A stretch of DNA of 64,000 nucleotides from NCBI GenBank assembly GCA_965207735.1, contig OZ242296.1, positions 4,352,001-4,416,000 of the forward strand, written 5' to 3'. Below are positions 1-10,273 of the stretch, in pieces (the stretch's first letter is position 1; each line of letters begins with the position of its first letter). Position numbers and translations under genes: made by a program. Source of the DNA: Candidatus Versatilivorator sp. (GTDB taxonomy: Bacteria; Acidobacteriota; Terriglobia; Versatilivoradales; Versatilivoraceae). Under the pieces are notes generated by a model. The model was not told the origin of the DNA. It was given only the letters and a program-made list of their open reading frames with translations, and ran no database searches.

Positions 1-122
1 GATTGGTCGAGGAAAAGCCCGACGCCTACAAGGACGTCAACCAGGTGGTGGAAGTGGTAGAAAGGGCGGGCATCGCCACCAAGCTGGCCAAGTTGGTTCC
101 TCTGGCTGTCATGAAGGGCTGA
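1..122 (+). CDS. rtcB: RtcB family RNA ligase, 3' end only (gene starts upstream of window)
   Basis: Frame from nt 3 reads [39 protein letters not shown], matching the RtcB C-terminal signature EE.P.AYKD....V...GI...L.P....KG; stop TGA at 120-122. Confidence 0.85.
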   Translation, partial: LVEEKPDAYKDVNQVVEVVERAGIATKLAKLVPLAVMKG

Positions 123-138
123 TCGATACGATTCTACG

Positions 139-167
139 TTGTCGTAACAGCCAATCTGCGCTACCCT
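139..167 (+). promoter_or_regulatory. Putative sigma70-type promoter
   Basis: TTGTCG (139-144), 17-bp spacer, TACCCT (162-167), directly upstream of a structured non-coding region and the sigma factor gene. Confidence 0.4.
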
Positions 168-180
168 TTAAGGTTCGAAG

Positions 181-356
181 GCCGGTAAGAACTCCTGTAG
201 AGCGTGACCCGACATTGGCCCGTCAGAGCGAATCGACCGGGTGACGCCAACGACCCGAGTGGTCCTGCGAGCGATCCCTCGTTTTCAGAAATCCTTCCAG
301 GCAGTTTACCAGCCACACCACACGGAGGCCCGGGAGTGCGGCGCAGCCTTTCCGGC
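181..356 (+). ncRNA. Candidate structured RNA (6S-like long hairpin or 5' leader)
   Basis: GCCGGTAAG (181-189) is partly complementary to CCTTTCCGGC (347-356). ACTCCTG (191-197) pairs with CGGGAGT (331-337). There is an apical GACC-GGGT...ACCC-GAGT-GGTC hairpin (235-264). About 176 nt, just after the promoter, with no convincing ORF. Confidence 0.3.
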
Positions 357-485
357 GTTGAAGCTGCCGTGCCTTACATGGGCTGACCCACGGGCGACCT
401 TTCAAATCGTGCTCCGGACCTGAAAGCAAGGCCGCAATCATTCAGGGTCGCCTTCGAATCTCGAAAAGGCAAGTCGACCATACCC

Positions 486-2114
486 ATGATTCCCCGTACG
501 GAACAAGACAAGCTGTTGGAGCAGACCCTGACTCCGAGCGCCGACGCCCGGGAGGTTGCCCCACGGCCCGGGGCACTCGATGAAGAGCCCGCGGAAGCGC
601 TCCCGGAAGGAGCCAGCCGTTTTGTCGGAGAAGAAAGAGATCAGGCGTCTCCGGGAGGGCAGACCAGCGACGACGAGACCGTCGCTGTCGATGCCGGCGA
701 AGGCACCGGCACTCAGGACCGGGAGGACTCCGCTCAACTGGACCTGACACCCGGCGCTTTGGACCGTGCCAGCGAGACGGACCCGGTGAGTCTCTACTAC
801 CAGGAGATGCGGTCGGTTCCGTTGTTGACCCGCGAAGGCGAAGTCGCCTTGGCCAAACGCATTGAACGGGGCAACCTCCGGATTTCCAAGGCTCTGTCTC
901 GGTCGCCCTTCGTCGTGGGTGAAATCCTCCGGCTGGGTGCCCAACTGGAAAGCGGGGAGCGTTCCGTCAACCGGGTGGTCGTATCCAGCGGTGATTTGAT
1001 CGATGTGAGGCTTCGGGACGCGTTGAAACGGATCCAAGGAATTGGAGAGTTGGCCGAAGAATGGGAGGAGTTGCAACACCAATGGGCTTCGGCCGACCCT
1101 GTCGAACCCGGGGAGCGTCGCCGACTGGGTTACCGGCTTGCCCGTCACACCATCCTCGTCTCCCAAGCAGTCCGGCGCCTGCGACTGACCGACTCCGAGC
1201 GCGGTCGTTTGATCAGGGGTCTCAGCCAGCACTACGAAGACCTGTCCACCAACCGGTCCAAGTCGCGGGCCCCCGGCGGGACTGCAGCCCGTAGCGACCG
1301 CAAGCACCTTTCCCGGGCGGGCCGAGATGGGTTGCGGCGGACCCTGGCCGTCCTCACCCGAAACAGCAAGCTGGTAGCACTGGCCAAGCGGGATCTGGCT
1401 CAAGCCAATCTACGCCTGGTGGCTTCCATCGCACGGAAATACTCCGGACGCGGCCTGCCCATGCTGGACCTGATTCAGGAGGGCAATATCGGTCTCATGA
1501 GAGCGGTGGACAAGTTCGAATACCGGCGCGGCTACAAGTTCTCCACCTACGCCACCTGGTGGATTCGACAAGCGGTGACTCGAGCCCTGGCGGACCAGGC
1601 CAGGACCATCCGCATCCCCGTACACATGGTCGAGACCATCAACAAGCTGATCAGGGCGTCCAGGGCCCTGGTGCAGGAGTATGGAAGGGAGCCAAGCTCC
1701 GAGGAGATTGCAGGCCACCTGAACATCCCCGTAGGCAAGGTTCGCCAGGCCTTCAAGATCGCACGTCAGCCCATCTCCCTGGACACGCCCGTCGGTCAGA
1801 ACGAGGATTCGGTGCTGGGGAATCTGATCAAGGACGACAAAGCGGCCTCGCCGGACGATCTCCTGAAAAACCGGGACTTGAGAGAGGCTGCCGAAAGCGC
1901 TCTGAAGACGCTCAATCCGAAGGAAGAAAAGGTTATTCGGCTCCGCTTCGGCCTTGAAAACGGGGTCACCCACACGCTGGAACAGATTGGAAGAAATCTG
2001 TCCCTGACCCGTGAGCGCATCCGCCAGATCGAGGCCAAGGCACTGATCAAGCTCCGCTGTTCTCCCTCCAACCGCAAACTGCTCCATTTCCTCGATCCTG
2101 TCGACGAAGAGTAG
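486..2114 (+). CDS. rpoD: RNA polymerase sigma-70 factor, RpoD/SigA-like
   Basis: Region 1.2 [29 protein letters not shown]; region 2 [53 protein letters not shown]; region 4 [22 protein letters not shown]. Confidence 0.9.
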   Translation: MIPRTEQDKLLEQTLTPSADAREVAPRPGALDEEPAEALPEGASRFVGEERDQASPGGQTSDDETVAVDAGEGTGTQDREDSAQLDLTPGALDRASETDPVSLYYQEMRSVPLLTREGEVALAKRIERGNLRISKALSRSPFVVGEILRLGAQLESGERSVNRVVVSSGDLIDVRLRDALKRIQGIGELAEEWEELQHQWASADPVEPGERRRLGYRLARHTILVSQAVRRLRLTDSERGRLIRGLSQHYEDLSTNRSKSRAPGGTAARSDRKHLSRAGRDGLRRTLAVLTRNSKLVALAKRDLAQANLRLVASIARKYSGRGLPMLDLIQEGNIGLMRAVDKFEYRRGYKFSTYATWWIRQAVTRALADQARTIRIPVHMVETINKLIRASRALVQEYGREPSSEEIAGHLNIPVGKVRQAFKIARQPISLDTPVGQNEDSVLGNLIKDDKAASPDDLLKNRDLREAAESALKTLNPKEEKVIRLRFGLENGVTHTLEQIGRNLSLTRERIRQIEAKALIKLRCSPSNRKLLHFLDPVDEE

Positions 2115-2124
2115 TCCCTTCCCG

Positions 2125-3459
2125 TCAATTCCGCTGTGGCGAGGGAATCCCGAACTGCTGTAATGTGTCCGTGAGAGTAGGCCGGCGGAGGCGGATTCTC
2201 TCATCGTTCAACAGGTAGGAGAAAATGTATCCCAGGGAGAGAATCACGACTCCGATCAGGAAGCAATAGATGACGGCGCGGTCGGGATATCTGTCCTTGA
2301 GGTGCCCGACATAAAGTGGCCCGAAGATCCCCGCCGCCGCCCAGGCTGTCAACACCGTCCCATAGATCGCCGACATTCGCTTGGCGCCGAAAACATCCAG
2401 AATGAAGGAAGGCATCGTGGCGAAGCCTCCTCCGAAGCAGAGCAGGATGTAGCAAACGAGCGCCGAGAAAACCCAGGGGTTGCGCTCGGTCATGAGAATG
2501 CCGAAGACGACCATCTGGCTGGCGAGGATAATGCGAAACACTCTGATACGCCCGATGCGATCCGACAGCAGCCCCCAAAATAATCGTCCCGCGCCGTTGC
2601 ACAACGAACTGACAGCGATCAAAGTGGCTCCATAGGCAACCAGGGTCGCAGGCTCGATCGTAGGATCCGACAACCCCCACACATCTTGCAGCAGCGGAGA
2701 CTGGAAGCTGATCACGGAGATCCCCGCGGAGATGTTGAAGAAGAAGACCAACCACATGACAATGAACCTGGACGAGAGCAGGCATTGCCCGATGGATTCC
2801 GATTCTTGAGGGGCGGCGCTCCCCGGGCTGGGGGCTGCAGCAGCAGGCGGATCGGAGAGAAGAAGACTGGATGGAATCAGGATGCAGGCGAATATGGCGC
2901 CGAGCCAAGCGAAGAGGAGTGACAGATTTCCCCCGGTAAAATACATCATGAGAACGGGCGCCAGCACCTTGCTGAGTAGAAATGCTCCGATGCCAAAGCC
3001 CATGACGACAATTCCGGTCGCCAATCCCTTGCGGTCCGGAAACCACTTTGCCGTCGTCGCGACAGGAGTCACGTAGCCAAGCCCGATCCCCGCCCCGCCA
3101 ATCACGCCATAACCGAGGTAGAACAGGAACAGGTTGTCGAGATGCAGGGCCAATCCGCCGATAAAATAGCCCGACGAAAACATCACGCTGCCGGCCGTCG
3201 CCAATAGTCGCGGTCCGGTCCTGGGCAGCAACATGCCTGCCCAGGCCGCTGAAAGCCCCAACGAGAAAATGACGATGCTGAACGCGATGGCGGTATGAGT
3301 GAAGGTCCAACCGTAGTCCTGGACCAGAAGCGTCTGGAAAAAACTCCAGGCATACACCGTCCCGAAACAGATCTGCAGCAGCGTGCAGAGCAGGACGATC
3401 ACCGTGCGAGGGAGTACGACGCGCGGCATGGCCATTCTCACTGCCTCCGAATCAGGCAT
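2125..3459 (-). CDS. MFS transporter, OFA (oxalate:formate antiporter) family
   Basis: About 12 TM helices; motifs G.VYAWS, GYVTPV.T..KWFPDRKGLATG..VMGFG.G, N..GRLFWG.LSDRIGR. Start is ATG 3459 (overlaps upstream stop) or 3435 (GGAGG RBS). Confidence 0.88.
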   Translation of the reverse strand: MPDSEAVRMAMPRVVLPRTVIVLLCTLLQICFGTVYAWSFFQTLLVQDYGWTFTHTAIAFSIVIFSLGLSAAWAGMLLPRTGPRLLATAGSVMFSSGYFIGGLALHLDNLFLFYLGYGVIGGAGIGLGYVTPVATTAKWFPDRKGLATGIVVMGFGIGAFLLSKVLAPVLMMYFTGGNLSLLFAWLGAIFACILIPSSLLLSDPPAAAAPSPGSAAPQESESIGQCLLSSRFIVMWLVFFFNISAGISVISFQSPLLQDVWGLSDPTIEPATLVAYGATLIAVSSLCNGAGRLFWGLLSDRIGRIRVFRIILASQMVVFGILMTERNPWVFSALVCYILLCFGGGFATMPSFILDVFGAKRMSAIYGTVLTAWAAAGIFGPLYVGHLKDRYPDRAVIYCFLIGVVILSLGYIFSYLLNDERIRLRRPTLTDTLQQFGIPSPQRN

Positions 3460-4192
3460 GAGGCCCGGGCGGATCGCCTTGGGCCTTGTCGAGATCCTTG
3501 ACCATCGAGAAATAGAGAAACAGGCGAGCCAGTTGTCCGACCTCGTCGTCGCGAGCCAGGAGCGTGTCGTCCGAACCGTCCTTGTTACGCTCCCGTGCCA
3601 GCCTGGCGGCATAGGCGATCACCGAGTCGATGGGCCTTGCGGCAAGCCTGACCAGCCAGATGGCGGAAAAGACCCCGATGATGAAGATAAAGGAAATGAG
3701 GTAGACCTGCTGCCCGACCGCCCGTTGAATCTTCAGCGCGATCAGTCCCGTATCCATGCCGATATGCACGGCGCCCGCCACACCGGCAAGGATGGGGCTG
3801 CTCACCTCGACGAAGTCGCCCATTCCGGGAAGATGGCGCTCCATGGTCGCCCTGGAGGAATGATCGCTCTCGGCGATTTCAGTGGGAATTCCGGGCACGA
3901 ACGTGTGGGCAAGAAACTCACCATGTTCGCTGGTGATGTAGATGTAGCTGATACCCTGGATTTCGATGAACTGGTCGATCAGGGACTGCAGAGCGGACAA
4001 GTCGCGGTTCAACAGGATATCGACGCTTGAATCGGCAATCGTCTTTGCGATCCCGCGGCTATTGCTCTCATACTCGGCGGACAGGTGGGTATCGACCGTA
4101 TAGATGCACAGGGCGGAGGTCGAGAGGCTGATCACAGCGAACAGGAAGAAGATGCCTACCAGGGTCTTCTGAAAAAGCTTCTGAATTTTCAT
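3452..4192 (-). CDS. Membrane sensor-like protein: TM, extracytoplasmic domain, TM, HAMP, with no output domain
   Basis: Two hydrophobic segments flank a ~140-aa domain; HAMP-like RPIDSVIAYAARLA...RDDEVGQLARLF; ends ~20 aa later. Confidence 0.7.
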   Translation of the reverse strand: MKIQKLFQKTLVGIFFLFAVISLSTSALCIYTVDTHLSAEYESNSRGIAKTIADSSVDILLNRDLSALQSLIDQFIEIQGISYIYITSEHGEFLAHTFVPGIPTEIAESDHSSRATMERHLPGMGDFVEVSSPILAGVAGAVHIGMDTGLIALKIQRAVGQQVYLISFIFIIGVFSAIWLVRLAARPIDSVIAYAARLARERNKDGSDDTLLARDDEVGQLARLFLYFSMVKDLDKAQGDPPGPHA

Positions 4193-5541
4193 GACGCAAA
4201 CCTGTCCTCCCAGCTCTCCAGAGTGACGAAGCGATCCTCTTCGACAACGGTGTAGTAGACCTGTTGCAAGCCCTGTCGCCGATCGGGTCCGAAGGAAACG
4301 CGCTCCGCAATGCCGATGTCGAAATTTCTGATGGTAAAGACCGAATCCTCGAGCTTGTCCCGGTCGGGTCGATCGCCCAAGCGCCGGAGGATCTCGACCA
4401 TCAGCTTGGCGTTGAGAAATCCCTCCAGGCTGACGAAGCTGTATGAGAATGACGAGTAGTCTTCCTTGAGCACGTGCGACGGAGGTTGAGGATTGTACCG
4501 ATCCATCATCTCTCGATACTGCTTGACCGCCGGGATGGACGTGTCCTCGTAACTGGGGACGACTTGAGAATTCACCAGTAGATTGGTGTAGCGCCGGCTG
4601 TCCTCCCGACCTTCCGTAATCAACTTCAGCAGGTTCTCGCTCCCTACAAAGGAGAGGTTGGCGATGGGGACTTCCAGTCCGAGGTCGACAGCGTCACGCA
4701 AGAACGCCGCGCAGGCGGCATAGGAGCCGATACAGATGACCGCGCTCGGGTTCACCTGCTTGAGTATCTCCACCTGGCGTCGCATACTGCCGGAATATTT
4801 TGCTCCCCGACGATAGGTGGCTTCCCCGACGATCTGCAAACCATGTTGACTCATCGCCCGCCGCACGCCGGCCCAGCCGCTGCGGCCATAGGCATCGGCC
4901 TGGTAGAACACGGCGATGCGTTCGTTGCCGATCGAGACGAAATTGTCGACCAGACCAGCGGTTTCCTGGCGATAGGAGGCACGAAGGTTGAAGGCAAAAT
5001 CCCCGTAAGGCGGTTCCCTCTGGGGTTGGGCGCCCGTGAATGGAAAGAACAGGTAGGCGTTTTGTTGCTGGAACTTCTTGAGCATGGGAAGAACACGGGT
5101 GACGGTCGGCGTGCCGACGTAGCCGAACAGGGCAAATACCTGATCCTGCTGCACCAGGGTCATGGTGTTGGTGACTGCCGGGTTCGGCTGGTAACCGTCG
5201 TCATAGGTCTTGAGTACGACCTTGCGGCCTCGGATGCCGCCGGCTCGGTTGACGTGCTCGAAATAGGCATTAGCGCCTCGGTACAGCTCGATGCCAAGAC
5301 CGCGTGAAGGACCGGAGAAAGCCGCCGATACACCAAGAACAATCTCGGCATCGGTGACCCCGGTCTGCTCCGCTCGCGTGTCGGGATGTTTTTCTCCGTT
5401 CATGTCGCGCTTCCTCCTTTGCTCGATCATTCCGAAAGGCTTCGCCCAGGTGTTGAGGCAGGAAAGCCAGGGAATGGCCATGAATCCGCCAAGACCGGAG
5501 CCCAGCAACTCCCGTCTCGTCATCCACCGCATGGCAGACAC
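4189..5541 (-). CDS. Periplasmic ligand-binding protein, branched-chain amino acid (PBP1) type, Tat-like signal
   Basis: TRRELL twin-arginine motif; LGVSAAFSGPS..LG, N..GGI.GRKV.L..YDDGYQP, FALFGYVGTPT, FNLRASY.QE motifs. Confidence 0.85.
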   Translation of the reverse strand: MSAMRWMTRRELLGSGLGGFMAIPWLSCLNTWAKPFGMIEQRRKRDMNGEKHPDTRAEQTGVTDAEIVLGVSAAFSGPSRGLGIELYRGANAYFEHVNRAGGIRGRKVVLKTYDDGYQPNPAVTNTMTLVQQDQVFALFGYVGTPTVTRVLPMLKKFQQQNAYLFFPFTGAQPQREPPYGDFAFNLRASYRQETAGLVDNFVSIGNERIAVFYQADAYGRSGWAGVRRAMSQHGLQIVGEATYRRGAKYSGSMRRQVEILKQVNPSAVICIGSYAACAAFLRDAVDLGLEVPIANLSFVGSENLLKLITEGREDSRRYTNLLVNSQVVPSYEDTSIPAVKQYREMMDRYNPQPPSHVLKEDYSSFSYSFVSLEGFLNAKLMVEILRRLGDRPDRDKLEDSVFTIRNFDIGIAERVSFGPDRRQGLQQVYYTVVEEDRFVTLESWEDRFAS

Positions 5542-5991
5542 CTCGCTAATGAATCGTCGATTGCAGATTTCTGTGCCCGATCAATGGGCCCATTATACTG
5601 AATACGGCCACTCAGGTGCCTGACGAACTGTCGAATTCCGACCGGGATTTCTGCTACGGCCGGTTTTCGACGCTGCGGCTTGAATGCGTTGTTCGGGCGG
5701 GTATCCCGGATTTCTCACCAGGGGAAGTGCTCTTCAGCAAAGTGCAGGGAGGGCGGGGCGTGCTTACCCGCATTCCTCGCCAGGTCGCTGGTGGCAAGAC
5801 GAAAAGTAGTTCATCCTCACTACCTTGATCGGCTCCATGGTAAGGGCTTGTAGGTAACAGACTGCGCTGGGCATGCCCAGGTCAGAAACGCGGCTTGGAG
5901 CGAATTTGGAGAGATTGCCCGTTTCGGAAGGATGCGACAGAATCGCCGGGTGAAAGGCTGGAGGGGAACGAAAGGAAAGAGACTGATGGCT

Positions 5992-7029
5992 CTACCCTGA
6001 GTAGAGCCGGGCGATCTCGTCGGTCTGGAAAGCGGGCCAAGGGACCGGTCGGCCGCCTCCCCTCTCCAGGGCCTCGACGCCGCTTCCCTCCTCCAGGACC
6101 TCTCCGATGCAAGCCACTGGAATGTCAGCCTGATCCAGGGCATCGCAGAGCCCTCGGCAACCCTCAGGACCACAGGCAATCAGCAGACTCCCCGAGCCGA
6201 TCAACCCTAGCGGATTGAGTCCCAATAGCTTGCAGATCCGAGCCGTCGGGCCGAGAACCGGAATGCGATCGGGATAGACTCGAAGGCGATGCCGGCCGGC
6301 GGCGCCCAGTTCCCGGAGGGCCGTCGCCAGGCCGCCTTCGGTGACATCGTGGAGGGCACGAACCTCCTCGCAGTCGGCCGCTATCTCGGCCTCCCGCAGT
6401 ATGCTGATGCCCGGGTCGGTCAGGAACCTCCGGCATTGCTCCACCTCTTCCTGCCGCATTCCGAGGTCCAACAGCTTTTGCGCGAACTCACGGGCAATCA
6501 GGGTCGTTCCCTCTACTGCCACACCCTTGGTGAAAAGAATTTGGTCCCCGGCCCGCATCTTGCGCTTGTCGATGAACCGGGACCGTGAGACCGTTCCCGC
6601 CAGTTGCCCCACGACTACCGGCCGGGTGACCGCGTCGGTAATCTCGGTGTGGCCGCCGCACAGGCTCACCCCAAATTGGGAGGCGGCATGCTGCAACTCC
6701 ACCATGACCTGGCGGACCCGGCTCGGCGGCGTCCCCGGCGGGAAAAGCAGAGTGGCCAGCATCCAGCGGGGCTTGGCGCCGCAGGTGGCCAAGTCGTTGG
6801 CGTTGACCACCATGGCGTAGTAGCCGACGGCGTCGGTGGCAAAGGTGATGGGGTCGGACTTGAGCACCAGCGTGTCTTCTCCGGCCAGGCTGACGGCGGC
6901 CACGTCTTCCCCCACCCGCGGACCTACCAGCACGGAGGGATCCTTGCAATCCAATACTTTCAGAAATTGGTCCAACAGCCGGTTGGGCAGCTTGCCGGCC
7001 GGCAGGGGCCGGGAATCGTCCAGGGACAT
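5992..7029 (-). CDS. AIR synthase-related (PurM/HypE-like) protein
   Basis: GPRVGEDVA, KSDPITFA, VNANDLAT.GA.P, GGHTEIT, LHDVTEGGL, NPLGLIGSGSLL motifs. Confidence 0.85.
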   Translation of the reverse strand: MSLDDSRPLPAGKLPNRLLDQFLKVLDCKDPSVLVGPRVGEDVAAVSLAGEDTLVLKSDPITFATDAVGYYAMVVNANDLATCGAKPRWMLATLLFPPGTPPSRVRQVMVELQHAASQFGVSLCGGHTEITDAVTRPVVVGQLAGTVSRSRFIDKRKMRAGDQILFTKGVAVEGTTLIAREFAQKLLDLGMRQEEVEQCRRFLTDPGISILREAEIAADCEEVRALHDVTEGGLATALRELGAAGRHRLRVYPDRIPVLGPTARICKLLGLNPLGLIGSGSLLIACGPEGCRGLCDALDQADIPVACIGEVLEEGSGVEALERGGGRPVPWPAFQTDEIARLYSG

Positions 7030-7053
7030 TTTCAAGACTTCCTTAACGGCAGG

Positions 7054-8307
7054 TCAGGGATAGAGTCCTCTCAGGCGGGTAGCCCTGGCCACTCGCTCGA
7101 TCCCGACCATGCTGGCTGCCGTCCGCATGGGAACCCTTCTGGCCACGGACAGATCCAGAACCGATTTGAAGCTGTGTCTCATAATGGTCTGCAGCCTTTC
7201 GAAGACGTCGGACTCCTCCCAGAAAAGGTGTTGAATGGATTGCACCCACTCCAGATAGGAGACTGTGACTCCCCCAGCATTGCACAGAACGTCCGGGATC
7301 AGGAACACCTCCTTGGCCTGGAGGATCTTGTCCGCGGCAGGGGTGGTGGGACCGTTGGCCGCCTCGGCAACGATCCTGGCCTGGATCCCGGCGGCATTTT
7401 CCTTGGTGATGGAGTCTTCCAACGCCGCAGGGATCAGAACATCGCAGGGACAATGGAGCAAATCCTCAGCCGGCATCGGCTCCGATTCCGGAAAACCCGA
7501 GACACTCCCCGTCTGCTCCTTGTACTCGATGAGCTTGCCGACCGGCAGTCCGTTCCCGTTATAGACACACGCCTGGGAATCGCTGACCCCAATCACCTTG
7601 ACTCCGGCTTCGTCCAGAAGCCGGGCCACCACCGAGCCGGCGTTCCCGAAGCCCTGAACGCACACCTTCAGAGTGTCCAGCTTCAGCTTGAGGTGCTCGG
7701 CGGCACACCCAATGGTGAAGAACACCCCGCGGCCGGTGGCCTGGGAGCGGCCCATGGATCCCCCCAGCTCCAAAGGTTTTCCGGTGACCACTCCCGGAAC
7801 GCAGTAGCCCTTGTTCATGCTGTAGGTGTCCATGATCCAGGCCATTACCTGGGGATTGGTGTAGGCATCCGGTGCCGGAATATCCTTTTCGGGACCGATA
7901 AAGGGAAGGATCTCGTTGGTGAACCTTCGGGTCAACCGTTCCAGCTCACCGCTGCTCATGCTTTTCGGGTTGCAGCAGACACCGCCCTTCCCACCGCCAA
8001 AGGGGATGCCCACGATCGCCGATTTCCAGGTCATCCAGGTCGCCAGCGCCTTCACTTCGTCCAGGTTCACCCTGGGATGATACCTGAGGCCTCCCTTGGC
8101 AGGCCCTCTGGCCGTGCTGTGCTGGACCCGGTAGCCTTCGAAACGCTCGATGCGGCCGTCGTCCAGTCGGACGGGTACGGAAACGATCAGGCAGCGTTCC
8201 GGGTACTTGATCTTGTTTCTCACGTCGTCGTCCAGTTGCAGGAGATCGGCCGCCGCCTCGAACTGCTCCATTGCCATGTCGAATACGCTTTGATGTTCTC
8301 TAGTCAT
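7054..8307 (-). CDS. gdhA: Glu/Leu/Phe/Val dehydrogenase (glutamate dehydrogenase)
   Basis: GYRVQH..ARGP.KGGLRY, PFGGGKGG, DIPAPD, VVTGKP...GGS.GR..ATGRG, QGFGNAG, EAANGP, NAGGVTVSY.EW; AGGAGG RBS before ATG 8307. Confidence 0.93.
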   Translation of the reverse strand: MTREHQSVFDMAMEQFEAAADLLQLDDDVRNKIKYPERCLIVSVPVRLDDGRIERFEGYRVQHSTARGPAKGGLRYHPRVNLDEVKALATWMTWKSAIVGIPFGGGKGGVCCNPKSMSSGELERLTRRFTNEILPFIGPEKDIPAPDAYTNPQVMAWIMDTYSMNKGYCVPGVVTGKPLELGGSMGRSQATGRGVFFTIGCAAEHLKLKLDTLKVCVQGFGNAGSVVARLLDEAGVKVIGVSDSQACVYNGNGLPVGKLIEYKEQTGSVSGFPESEPMPAEDLLHCPCDVLIPAALEDSITKENAAGIQARIVAEAANGPTTPAADKILQAKEVFLIPDVLCNAGGVTVSYLEWVQSIQHLFWEESDVFERLQTIMRHSFKSVLDLSVARRVPMRTAASMVGIERVARATRLRGLYP

Positions 8308-8638
8308 GGAGATTCCTCCTCTTTTGAACCGGCCATTCAATAGTAGGGATGCAAACCCTTGTCAACGGTTTGGCTCAGATTGGGGATAGAGGAGAGTTAA
8401 GAGCAAACTGGCACCTTTCCAATCACGCTTGTCTGAAACAACCGACAAAGACAAAAGAAAAAGAGTGATCCACGAAGGGACACTAAGAACGACGAAGGGA
8501 CACCAAGGTATTGAGGTGAACCGCGACGGGATGCCAAGGTCGCGAAGGGATAGCCGATTTCTGATTGTTTCACTTTTGGATGATCTGCCCGACAGGGCAG
8601 GGGCCTCGCTTGCCTGAAACAACCGACAAAAGACAAAG

Positions 8639-10125
8639 GAGCCTTTTGCAAAATTCGCAGATAGCGGGAATTTTCACGTGGGGAAAGATCAAGGAGGGCA
8701 GGTGGAAGGAGGGGCAAGACCACTGTCTGTTGTATCATGAAGGTGTCTGAACCACATGATGAACGGAGGTGGAACTTGCCCCTTAGGGAAACCCTATCAC
8801 GACACTGGTTCCGGTTTCAACGAGAGCTGTTTCCCCTGCTGGAGGAAGTTTTGGGGCCTCTGGGAGAGCGTTACCAGCGGCTGGTGCAGGTATTGGAGTT
8901 GGTGCGGGTGGAGGAGTTGCTGCCTTACAGTCGGGGCTGGCGTGGCCGGCCGCTGGAGGATCGGGCAGTGCTGGCGCGAGCCTATCTGGCGAAGTCGATG
9001 CTGGAGGTGGCGACCACGCGGGGATTGGTGGAGCGGCTGAGGAGTGAGGGGAGGCTGCGGCGGCTGTGCGGCTGGGAGAGGGCGTGGGAGGTACCGAGCG
9101 AGTCGACCTTCTCGCGGGCCTTTGCGGAATTCGCTGAGAGCGACCTGCCGGGGCGTTTGCACGAGGCATTGCTGGAGGAGACGCTGAAGGGCCACTTGGC
9201 GGGGCATGTGTCGAGGGACTCGACGGCGATTGCGGGACGGGAAAAGCCAGCGGCCAAGGCTGCGCCGGAGGCCAAGCGGAAACGCCGGCGGGGCCGGCCG
9301 CCGAAGGGCGAGCGACGGCCCAAGCGGTTGAGCCGGCTGGAGCGGCAGGGGTCGATGACGCTGGAGGAAATGTTGAAGGAGTTGCCCAAGGCCTGCGACA
9401 TCGGCGTCAAGCGCAACGCCAAGGGGCATCAGGAGAGCTGGACCGGCTACAAGCTACACCTCGACGCCATTGACGGCGGGATTCCGGTCAGTTGTCTGCT
9501 GACCTCGGCCTCGGTGCATGACTCTCAGGCAGCCATTCCGCTGGCGACGCTGACGGCAAGGCGGGTCGAGAGTCTCTACGACTTGATGGACAGCGCCTAC
9601 GATGCGCCGGAGATCCGGGCCTTCAGTGAGAAGCTGGGGCATGTGCCGATTATTGACGTCAACCCCCGCCGAAGAGCTACCTTGAAAGCCGAGCGGAAGC
9701 GGGAGGCACTGGCCCGGCGCTGTATCGGCCAAGTGACTCCCGAGGCGCGGCGCTACCGGGAACGCTCGACGGTGGAGCGGGTCAACGGACGGCTCAAGGA
9801 GGAGTTTGGCGGGAGGCAGGTGAGGGTTCGCGGCCCCGACAAGGTGAGGTGCCACCTGATGTTCGGCATTCTGGCCCTGACGGTGGATCAGTTGATGCGC
9901 CTGACGCTCTGAAGACCGGGTTGCCACCCCCAACCGCACAGCAGGTTCGCCCGCCTCAAGGCCGGGAGAGGGTAAGCTGTGCCTGCGTCCGGCGACCGCT
10001 GGCCATCCGGCCATCAGATTCGGGCTTTTTCCTTCAAAAGGGTCTTTGCAGCTGGGTAGTCACCGCCGGAACATCACTGTTGCCAGCCCAATGTCATGCC
10101 CGATTCCGAATTTTGCAAAAGGCTC
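8639..10125 (+). mobile_element. 1487-bp insertion sequence (DDE, IS4/IS5-like superfamily), copy 1
   Basis: Perfect 18-bp TIRs GAGCCTTTTGCAAAATTC (8639-8656 and 10108-10125); 4-bp target duplication AAAG (8635-8638 and 10126-10129). Confidence 0.95.
8737..9912 (+). CDS. DDE transposase (DDE_Tnp_1-like)
   Basis: PSESTFSR, RDSTAI, GYKLHL, VHDSQ, LMDSAYD, RY..RS.VERVN.RLK motifs; lies within the TIRs. Confidence 0.93.
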   Translation: MKVSEPHDERRWNLPLRETLSRHWFRFQRELFPLLEEVLGPLGERYQRLVQVLELVRVEELLPYSRGWRGRPLEDRAVLARAYLAKSMLEVATTRGLVERLRSEGRLRRLCGWERAWEVPSESTFSRAFAEFAESDLPGRLHEALLEETLKGHLAGHVSRDSTAIAGREKPAAKAAPEAKRKRRRGRPPKGERRPKRLSRLERQGSMTLEEMLKELPKACDIGVKRNAKGHQESWTGYKLHLDAIDGGIPVSCLLTSASVHDSQAAIPLATLTARRVESLYDLMDSAYDAPEIRAFSEKLGHVPIIDVNPRRRATLKAERKREALARRCIGQVTPEARRYRERSTVERVNGRLKEEFGGRQVRVRGPDKVRCHLMFGILALTVDQLMRLTL

Positions 10126-10273
10126 AAAGAAAAAGACTTATCCACGAAGGGGCACGAAGAACGACGAAGGGCCACTAACCCGCATTTCTCACCAGAGGTA
10201 GGAAGCATCGGTTCTCGGAATCTGGTAAAATACTCTTGTCTAAGGAGTTAACCAGATTCTTAAAGGAGAACCG

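Noticed and set aside
5616-5990. Short ORFs or ncRNA in the spacer between the SBP and AIR synthase genes
   Set aside because: No motif, RBS or convincing stable structure recognised.
6604-8343. Long antisense ORFs (also 19105..20982, 43192..45366, 45023..46678, 51349..53094, 57740..59278)
   Set aside because: Shadow frames opposite well-supported genes, as expected in high-GC DNA.
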